Origin: a virus
Direction: 5' to 3' (one strand)
Virus record (IMG/VR): IMGVR_UViG_3300017763_000003
DNA length: 64,000 nucleotides
Each line of letters begins with the position of its first letter. Within the stretch, counting starts at the first letter, position 1. This document shows positions 57,001-64,000 of the stretch, in pieces. A program made the position numbers and the translations under genes. The notes below the pieces were generated by a model. The model did not search any database. It saw nothing but the letters and a program-made list of their open reading frames with translations, and was not told where the DNA came from.

Positions 57001-57814
57001 TATCTATTGCTCCTGACTTCCAACTTGGATTTAATACTTCCCCATCTCGTTCGTAGTCAACCAGATATTTATCTGTACAACCAGTGAGGTCTTGTAGTTT
57101 AGTTATGTAATAAGATGTGGGTATGCCAAGGAATGGTCTATATAAATCTAGTATCATGACCAATCTATGTTTACCTGTTCTGTTGTGTGCTGAATGTACG
57201 ATTTGATTATTAAATGCGAAAGGTGCTTCGCTAAATTGTATCTCCTCGTCATTTACCTCTAGGAATATATCACCTTCAGGAATATGGAGAGGAAAGTGTA
57301 ATCTTAAATACTTACCATCTTTATTTTCATGACCAGTATGACGCAGTACAACTGAGTTTGGGGCAATCATTGAGTAAGTAATTACATTTATCCATTGTTC
57401 ATATTTTTCTAAAATAGATCTTAACACTGGTAATCTATCACGATTCTTTTTCATTCGCTTTTCCATTACACCTTTACCAGCTTCTCCTGGATTCCAAATT
57501 AAATTAAAAGCATGCCAACTATCGAGGTTTCTCTTACCTAACTGTTTATTTCCTACATTGGCTTCTTTCGCCACCTTATACCCAGCAGTTTCAAATACAG
57601 GTAAAGTATCCTCTTCATACATTTTATTTAATCGTTGTTGTATATTGTCTCCTTCATAGGGAAGTAATACTTCTTCTAGTAAGGCAGGGCAGAGGGGGAG
57701 TATGTGGTCAAAGACTTCATCTAACATAGGGTATTCGCCATGTCGGAATATTCCCTGTATTTTTGAGTTGTGTAATTTTTCTCTAGACCACTCTGCGTAT
57801 TCTGGCAGTTTCAT
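56993..57814 (-). CDS. aspartyl/asparaginyl beta-hydroxylase family oxygenase
   Basis: LRHTGHEN…LRLHFPL…FNNQIVHSAHN…RLVMILD. Confidence 0.8.
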   Translation of the reverse strand: MKLPEYAEWSREKLHNSKIQGIFRHGEYPMLDEVFDHILPLCPALLEEVLLPYEGDNIQQRLNKMYEEDTLPVFETAGYKVAKEANVGNKQLGKRNLDSWHAFNLIWNPGEAGKGVMEKRMKKNRDRLPVLRSILEKYEQWINVITYSMIAPNSVVLRHTGHENKDGKYLRLHFPLHIPEGDIFLEVNDEEIQFSEAPFAFNNQIVHSAHNRTGKHRLVMILDLYRPFLGIPTSYYITKLQDLTGCTDKYLVDYERDGEVLNPSWKSGAIDND

Positions 57815-57820
57815 ATAATA

Positions 57821-58408
57821 TTATCCTTGTGCTATTTCTAAACTTTCTCTCCAAACACGATCCCTAGTAGCACCTGAAAATCTTTCAACTGGTAGCATCA
57901 TAGCAGTATTCCAGTTGGCTGAGTTTACTTGTAAGAATTGTGATTTTACTTGTGTCTTTAAATATTTTTTTACAGCAGGTCTGCCGAGTGCTAACCTTGA
58001 CGATCCTCGTATAGTGTTCCATTGAAACTTCAATCGTGTAGTATCGTCCATCTTTTTGTTTGATGCGTATGTCATCAATCTATCTAACAATCTAATGCGT
58101 AATAGGTATGGTAGATAATGCATGTTTAAACCTAAGAAATACTCTGATTGTATTTCAAAAGGAAACACCAAAGGGAATCTATCAAAGTATGGTAATGTAT
58201 CAGCACCTTTGGCTTCATATTGAAACATATACATCCTGCCAGGAAGTAATCGTGTAGAACGACCTGCTTGTTTCATTATTGCCTTTGGCTGAGGTCGCAG
58301 TTGACGCAACCTTACAACTTCTTTATTAAACCATCCTCTGCTTTTCTTAGCAATGTCTGGGTCAGTTGCTGCCTTATCGAAAAAAGTTTGTGTTGGTGTT
58401 TTAGCCAC
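57821..58408 (-). CDS. gp2: DNA end protector protein
   Basis: GRMYMFQYEAK..TLPYFDRFPLV, GLNMHYLP. Confidence 0.88.
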   Translation of the reverse strand: MAKTPTQTFFDKAATDPDIAKKSRGWFNKEVVRLRQLRPQPKAIMKQAGRSTRLLPGRMYMFQYEAKGADTLPYFDRFPLVFPFEIQSEYFLGLNMHYLPYLLRIRLLDRLMTYASNKKMDDTTRLKFQWNTIRGSSRLALGRPAVKKYLKTQVKSQFLQVNSANWNTAMMLPVERFSGATRDRVWRESLEIAQG

Positions 58409-58850
58409 TTATCTTTCCTAGTCGTTGAAGCATAAGTTTGTTTGCTTCATGTAGTTTTTCTATTGCTTCTTTTGACTGACCACGATATGGTACAGCCATA
58501 AACTCTTTAATCATTTGAGCATTGATAGACTTACCATCTATCCATACATCGCCAAGTATTCTACCGAACTTACCAGTCTCGTAATCCTTGTATGTTTTGA
58601 TTGAAAGATTCTTACCTTTTTTTAATGCTTCAGTCAAATATTTCTTAGCTAAAAGACCTCGGATCTTTTCTTCTTTATTTCTTGTTCTTGATTCGGGTGT
58701 ATCGATACCAAACATTCTCACTCTAGACTTATACATTATATCAAATCCTATATCAATAATAACATCAATGGTATCACCATCGACTATCTTTGTGACTTTA
58801 TGTATTCTGTATGAAAAATCAGTTGGATCTCCCAGTTTTGGTTGGGGCAT
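58401..58850 (-). CDS. thermonuclease (SNase) family nuclease
   Basis: IVDGDTID, RVRMFGIDTPES, GKFGRILG. Confidence 0.85.
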   Translation of the reverse strand: MPQPKLGDPTDFSYRIHKVTKIVDGDTIDVIIDIGFDIMYKSRVRMFGIDTPESRTRNKEEKIRGLLAKKYLTEALKKGKNLSIKTYKDYETGKFGRILGDVWIDGKSINAQMIKEFMAVPYRGQSKEAIEKLHEANKLMLQRLGKISG

Positions 58851-58870
58851 AATATCTCCTTTTTATTCTA

Positions 58871-59338
58871 CTATTTAGTCTTTTTATCTAGACCAGTCTT
58901 CCATGTAAGACCTAATTCATCTTCAGTCAATATAATGAACTTTTGACCACGATCTAATGCGTATTGTTCTGCTGCTTTCCACTTGGCTGCATTTACAGTA
59001 TATGCTTTTGACTCAGCCAAATACTTTTTTGTCCTTCTTCCAGTAAATTTAGGAGGTGAGCATTGTACTTTTGGTTTTATTTCAACTAAATAGGTGTGTA
59101 TCTGGTCATGTTTATTTTTGACTTTTATTGTAAAGTCTATAAAGTATCGATGCAATCGGTTATCTACTGGCGATCTATAAGGCACAACTGTTTCTTCAGA
59201 TCTCCATTTTAACACATGATTAGATCTATCGCACCAAGAAGCGAAACGAGTTTCCCAACTAGAACGCATAATAATGTTCGTTGGGTTTCCTTCGTACTTC
59301 TCGGGATTTAATGGGGTGTATTTTCTTTTGTGAAACAT
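58871..59338 (-). CDS. gp4: head completion nuclease
   Basis: P.NPEKY.G, RSSWE, HRYFIDF, VEIKP, NAAKWKAA. Confidence 0.88.
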   Translation of the reverse strand: MFHKRKYTPLNPEKYEGNPTNIIMRSSWETRFASWCDRSNHVLKWRSEETVVPYRSPVDNRLHRYFIDFTIKVKNKHDQIHTYLVEIKPKVQCSPPKFTGRRTKKYLAESKAYTVNAAKWKAAEQYALDRGQKFIILTEDELGLTWKTGLDKKTK

Positions 59339-59340
59339 AA

Positions 59341-59370
59341 CTAAATATATCCTATACAACTACTATTTAG
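59341..59370. promoter_or_regulatory. divergent pair of T4-type late promoters
   Basis: CTAAATA (59341-59347) and TATTTAG (59364-59370) between gp4 and gp48. Confidence 0.65.
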
Positions 59371-59383
59371 GGGTCAAATATAC

Positions 59384-60667
59384 ATGTCATCAGCAAGGGG
59401 TGCATCATTAAAAAACGCTGGGTCGGTCACGCACTCACATCACAGTTCCACATCATCAACAACTACTACTCGTACAAGTCAAGCAGTAGTATCTGATGAG
59501 GATCTAAATGATGCAGTAGAAGAAACGAATAAGAGTCCTTCTTATGCAGTCACGCACTTATCATATCCAGAAGATATACTAAATGTCCCAGATTATGGTG
59601 GCAATTATGTTATGTTCTTTATTAATGAAAGGCAAGAATCTAAGATAGCACAAGACACATCAAGAGTACTTGAGGATGTAGATCCAGGTGTTGGTCGTGC
59701 TATTAATGGTGCTGGCTTCAGTAATTTTGCTGCCATAGGAAGTAGTTTCCTAACAGGAGCAGGTGCTGGTGCTTTACTTGGTGGATTATTTTCAGGTGCT
59801 GCTGGTGGGATTTCAAAAGGTGCTGCTTCACTTGGAGCAGCAGGTGCTGTATCAACAGGAGCATTAGGAAACTTTGACAGTTTAAATCCTTCAGCACTCG
59901 GTAAGAAGTTTTCCAAACCACTAAAAAGAATGAAGCATGCTATCGCTTTACACATGCCTAACAACTTTGCTATTCGTTCTGGTGCTCAGTATGAAGAAGC
60001 AGAAACATTTATGACTCAAGCATTTATGCAAGGTGCTGATGTACTTGCTGCAGGTGCAACTGACTTGGTAAAAAACTTGTCAAGTAAAAAACCTGCATCA
60101 GAATCTATAGCAGGTCTAGTAAATGATTTAACAGCAGGATCTGCTGGTGTTGCTCAAGCAGCAGCATTACAAAATATTCCAGGAAGTGAAGCAATACAAG
60201 CCATGGCAGGTGTTGCTCCTAACCCGAAAAAAGAACAAATATTCAAGAACATGGACTTTCGTACCTTTCAGTATGACTACCAGTTCTTCCCTCGCTCTGG
60301 CGAAGAGTCAAACAATATACGAAATATTGTAAACACATTTAAATATCACATGCATCCTGAGTTTAAAGATGATGATGGTTTCTTATACCTATATCCAGGA
60401 GAGTTTGAGATATTCTACTATATTGGTGACTCTATAAACCCATATATACACAAACATACATCAGCTGTATTAAAAGAAGTGAATGTAAACTATACACCAC
60501 AGGGTCAGTTTACTTCGTTCGATAATGGAGCTCCTACACAAATTAACATGACATTATCCTTTCAAGAACTATCTATCCTTACTAAAGGGCATCTTGGGGC
60601 GATGGGTGAAACTCCTCCAAAAGAGCAAACCCCAGCAGATGGTGTTGAACCAGATATGAGTCAATAA
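59384..60667 (+). CDS. gp48: baseplate tail-tube cap
   Basis: IALHMP, NPKKEQIFKNMDFRTF.Y…FKYHMHP, LSFQEL. Confidence 0.85.
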   Translation: MSSARGASLKNAGSVTHSHHSSTSSTTTTRTSQAVVSDEDLNDAVEETNKSPSYAVTHLSYPEDILNVPDYGGNYVMFFINERQESKIAQDTSRVLEDVDPGVGRAINGAGFSNFAAIGSSFLTGAGAGALLGGLFSGAAGGISKGAASLGAAGAVSTGALGNFDSLNPSALGKKFSKPLKRMKHAIALHMPNNFAIRSGAQYEEAETFMTQAFMQGADVLAAGATDLVKNLSSKKPASESIAGLVNDLTAGSAGVAQAAALQNIPGSEAIQAMAGVAPNPKKEQIFKNMDFRTFQYDYQFFPRSGEESNNIRNIVNTFKYHMHPEFKDDDGFLYLYPGEFEIFYYIGDSINPYIHKHTSAVLKEVNVNYTPQGQFTSFDNGAPTQINMTLSFQELSILTKGHLGAMGETPPKEQTPADGVEPDMSQ

Positions 60668-61164
60668 TGGCTGATACATATTTCAAAAAATTCAACGAGA
60701 TATACTACATTACACGAGAAGGTAATGAAGAGAAGCTCAAAGTACTTACTGATATCACAACCAATGTAAGACTTAGGAAACAAATACTACAAAACATAAC
60801 TGCTTATGAGTTTTATGACATAAAGCAGTATGAAACAATCGAAAACTTAGCTGAGAGACTTTATGGGGATCCTAATTTACACTGGATCCTTATGCTCATC
60901 AATAATCGCTATGACTATGTAAATGACTTCCCACTGGAGCATGATGCTCTAACTGCTATGATAACTGCTAACTATGCATCGCCTGATACTGTCAAATGGT
61001 ATAAGAAAGATGGGTTGGTAGTTGATTCTTCAGTAGCAGGGTCGATTGGTCAAACACATCGTGAATATGAGATGGAAAGAAACGAAGCCAAGAGGAGAAT
61101 AAAGATCGTCACTCCCACACTAGCTATGCAGATAGTGCGTGAGTTTAAAAAAATGGAAATATAG
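60667..61164 (+). CDS. gp53: baseplate wedge protein
   Basis: YFKKF, E.LAERLYGDP.LHWILML.N, EYE..RNEAKRRIKI. Confidence 0.88.
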   Translation: MADTYFKKFNEIYYITREGNEEKLKVLTDITTNVRLRKQILQNITAYEFYDIKQYETIENLAERLYGDPNLHWILMLINNRYDYVNDFPLEHDALTAMITANYASPDTVKWYKKDGLVVDSSVAGSIGQTHREYEMERNEAKRRIKIVTPTLAMQIVREFKKMEI

Positions 61165-61167
61165 ATT

Positions 61168-62424
61168 ATGGCACAGGCAGGAGTCGCATTCGCTGGTGAT
61201 GTAACAATTAATGCAATTGAGTTAGTCGCTGGTGGTTCAAAAATAGATATAAGAGAGCAGGTTCTAAGTATTGAGCTGTTCGAAGATATCTTTTCCCCAT
61301 TCATCACAGGTAAAGTAGCAATTACTGATTCGCAAGATCTAATCAATCGTATGCCACTTATCGGTCAAGAACTGATACAGATAGATATACAAACACCTGA
61401 GATGGATAAAAGTAAATTCAAAGGTACATTCTACATATTCAAACTGACTGAGAGAATAAGTCTTGGTGATACTGAGACTGGGTATGTGCTTCACTTCATT
61501 AACAGTGATGCCGTGAAAGATAGAAACAACAGTATCGATGCTGCCAAAAAAGGTTTCTGTAGCAATATCATACAGGACTTGGTAGCTGAAGATGCACAAG
61601 GATTAAAGAGTACGAAGCAACTGAACATGACACCGACTGTAAATGGTACTCGCTTTATATGTAATGGTTGGTCACCGACAAGAGCCATCGATTTCGTCAC
61701 GGAACGAGCAATAAATAAAGAAGGACACGCTGACTATATCTTCTTTGAAAATAGAGATGGCTATAACTTCCTTGGCTTATCAGAACTGTACAATGGACCA
61801 GTGATACAAGAATTTATTGAAGATAACCAGTCACCTGATGGGTCAGATGCGGATGAGTCTTACAAAAGAATCAGTAAGATGTTTATGCATGAAGGATTTA
61901 ATTTCTTTGAACGACTTCGACAGGGTGTGTTTATCAACAAACTGAGAAACTATGATATGACAACCAAAACCTATACCAAATCCAATTACAGCAGTTTGGC
62001 TCAGTTTAAAGAACGCAGTCATCTAAACAAATATCCACTGAGTACTCCTGATGTTATCGCCAACGAAAATGCATCCAGCTTTCAACTACTCACTCATGAG
62101 AATATGCATAAAGGTTTCGGTGATACATCGGTAGAGCGTTCACTCCTACAAAGAACATCAGCCATCGCCAATACTCGTGCTTTCGTACTGAATATCGAGG
62201 TTCCAGGCAGAATGGACTATACTGCTGGTCGAGTGGTGAATTTATCTACATTTAGAAAAGAAGCCACGGATAAGGATACTGATATGCTCGATCCTATGTT
62301 CTCAGGGAATTATCTCATTGGCAGTATCGGTCATGAAATCACTTCCAAAGCTCATACCTGCTCGATGGAGATCTTTAAAGACAGTATGCTAGTTGACCTA
62401 GCAAAACTGCGGGAGAGTGCTTAA
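61168..62424 (+). CDS. baseplate hub protein (gp27-like)
   Basis: FEDIFSPFITG…G.E, FFENRDGYNF, VPG…AG, SGNYLI; position before gp5. Confidence 0.7.
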   Translation: MAQAGVAFAGDVTINAIELVAGGSKIDIREQVLSIELFEDIFSPFITGKVAITDSQDLINRMPLIGQELIQIDIQTPEMDKSKFKGTFYIFKLTERISLGDTETGYVLHFINSDAVKDRNNSIDAAKKGFCSNIIQDLVAEDAQGLKSTKQLNMTPTVNGTRFICNGWSPTRAIDFVTERAINKEGHADYIFFENRDGYNFLGLSELYNGPVIQEFIEDNQSPDGSDADESYKRISKMFMHEGFNFFERLRQGVFINKLRNYDMTTKTYTKSNYSSLAQFKERSHLNKYPLSTPDVIANENASSFQLLTHENMHKGFGDTSVERSLLQRTSAIANTRAFVLNIEVPGRMDYTAGRVVNLSTFRKEATDKDTDMLDPMFSGNYLIGSIGHEITSKAHTCSMEIFKDSMLVDLAKLRESA

Positions 62425-62425
62425 A

Positions 62426-64000
62426 ATGGCTAAAATGAGTCTTTATACAGGTGTTGTAGAGAATAGAAACGATCCTCTCAAGCTGGGTCGAGTCAAAGTA
62501 AGAGTCCACGGAGTACATAATACCGATATTGCTATACTGCCTACTGAAGATTTGCCGTGGGCGATCGTTATCCAGCCTACTTCCAGTGCTGGTATCTCTG
62601 GGGTTGGCTATAATCCTGGACTGGTTATCGGAAGTATTGTAGCAGTTTGTTTCACGGATCCAGATGAGCAAATGCCGATTGTACTCGGGAGTGTTCCTGG
62701 AGTACCGCAAGATCCAGTCGAAAAAGAGGGTCTCTCATATAAAAAGAACAGTAAAGCACTCGACTTCCTCAACAATATCACGGAGGGCGAAGATGGGGAA
62801 CTCGTAGAGAGCTCGGCACCCGAAGGTTCTAGCAATAGCGAAACCACACTCGAAGAAGCTCGTCCAGTCACGGCACATAAGGTCTCAACAGAGGGACTCG
62901 AAGAGGTTAAGAAGAATTATCCATTCAGTTCAGCTCCATATAAAGACTCAGATGGCAAGTTTACTATCGGTCATGGACAACAGACATGGAAAGGCAGTCC
63001 AGTCACATTAACTTATCCAGGAGCAGTATCTGCAACTGAAGCTGCATCTGAGCTCGAAAGACATATCAACGCACCCAGCGAACTCAAAGGATTACTCGCA
63101 AAGAATATTCGTAAACCTGTCACATCGTCTATGTATGACGCATTGGCTTCATTCGCACATAATCTCACTCCTGAACAGCTTCGTACTGCATCTCCCATAG
63201 CACAATTAAACAGTGGTAAATTCGAATCTGCAGCCAATTTATTGGCAAATTATAGTAAAAAATCGGGAGATTTAACTGGTATTTTGAACACTCGACGAGC
63301 ATCGGAAGCGACCAGTTTTCTTTCAAAAGGCATACCAACTAATCTCGGTATCAATAAGCTGAGTGACACCGCACTAAGTGTAGGTGATGCGAATATCGAC
63401 GGCAGTGTGTTTACAGGCAAAGCTGGAAACCTTTTGCAGTATAAGGGTTTCGGACTGGCTACGCAAAAATACAGTTATCCCAAATATACTAATGAGAGTG
63501 ACTTGAGTCGGCTGGTAAGAGCTGAAGAACTGGATAAGACCTCCGTGTATGTGAAGGAAGCGTCGCGATTTGTGGGGGTTCAAAAAGCAGTGTCTGCGTT
63601 GTTGTCTTCATCTGATGAAACAAATTCAAGCAGAGAGACTTGGGACACGACTGATGTGCCATATAATGCTGAGTATCCTTACAACAAGGTGCTACAATCA
63701 GAGACAGGTCACAGCATAGAACTCGACGATACTCCAGAAGCTGAGCGACTTTCGTTGTTCTCTGCTCCAGGATCCTTTCTTGAATACGACCATAATGGGA
63801 CACTCGTCGACCATGTAGTGGGCGATCGCTATATGCAGTCATCTAGGAATCTATACAGTATAGTGTCTGGAAACGAGACGCAGTATATAGGAGGGGATGC
63901 TAACCTGTATGTCAAGGCTGGTTCCACTGTCAATATCGAAGGCGAATGTAATGTGATAGTCAACAATAATGTAAACTTGACTATTGCGGGAAATTATAGT
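62426..64000 (+). CDS. gp5: baseplate hub/needle protein with lysozyme-like domain (partial, runs off window)
   Basis: Hand translation: GVVENRNDPLKLGRVKVRVHG, LPWA, GH24-like domain, YPYNKV..SETGH..ELDDTP, beta-helix start. Confidence 0.92.
   Translation, partial: MAKMSLYTGVVENRNDPLKLGRVKVRVHGVHNTDIAILPTEDLPWAIVIQPTSSAGISGVGYNPGLVIGSIVAVCFTDPDEQMPIVLGSVPGVPQDPVEKEGLSYKKNSKALDFLNNITEGEDGELVESSAPEGSSNSETTLEEARPVTAHKVSTEGLEEVKKNYPFSSAPYKDSDGKFTIGHGQQTWKGSPVTLTYPGAVSATEAASELERHINAPSELKGLLAKNIRKPVTSSMYDALASFAHNLTPEQLRTASPIAQLNSGKFESAANLLANYSKKSGDLTGILNTRRASEATSFLSKGIPTNLGINKLSDTALSVGDANIDGSVFTGKAGNLLQYKGFGLATQKYSYPKYTNESDLSRLVRAEELDKTSVYVKEASRFVGVQKAVSALLSSSDETNSSRETWDTTDVPYNAEYPYNKVLQSETGHSIELDDTPEAERLSLFSAPGSFLEYDHNGTLVDHVVGDRYMQSSRNLYSIVSGNETQYIGGDANLYVKAGSTVNIEGECNVIVNNNVNLTIAGNYS

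Overview
AT-rich, densely coding 64-kb segment of a T4-like (Tevenvirinae/Kyanoviridae-type) myophage of an aquatic proteobacterium. T4 core genes: gp61 primase, nrdA/nrdB/nrdC, rnh, thyX, phoH, gp33, gp59, gp32, gp51/gp26, gp16, gp54-like, gp2, gp4, gp48, gp53, hub and gp5. Accessory cargo is large: a curli-type secretion operon (csgF, csgG, two curlin-repeat proteins, a FecR-domain protein, a CHASE2 adenylate cyclase) and a dispersed type II fatty-acid synthesis/modification set (FabF/B, FabI, AcpS, MaoC-type dehydratase, membrane desaturase). It also carries three AspH/LpxO-family hydroxylase paralogues and other Fe/2OG-type oxygenases, AOX, cytochrome c, IscU, peroxiredoxin, a diiron ferritin-like enzyme and MazG/HD/HAD nucleotide enzymes. 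Features not explained by the ORF track: a structured late-promoter ncRNA candidate ending in an H-type pseudoknot (about 31983-32130), a T-TTT-TTT -1 frameshift joining gp26 to gp51 before the tape-measure-like gene, an Rz1 o-spanin embedded in Rz, a gp5 lysozyme domain lacking its catalytic Glu, nine sigma70 promoters (two with IHF boxes, several leaderless), an ArfA-like micro-ORF and an ArdC-like early protein. No tRNA or CRISPR array was seen. All family calls come from recognising motifs by eye; no database searches were run.
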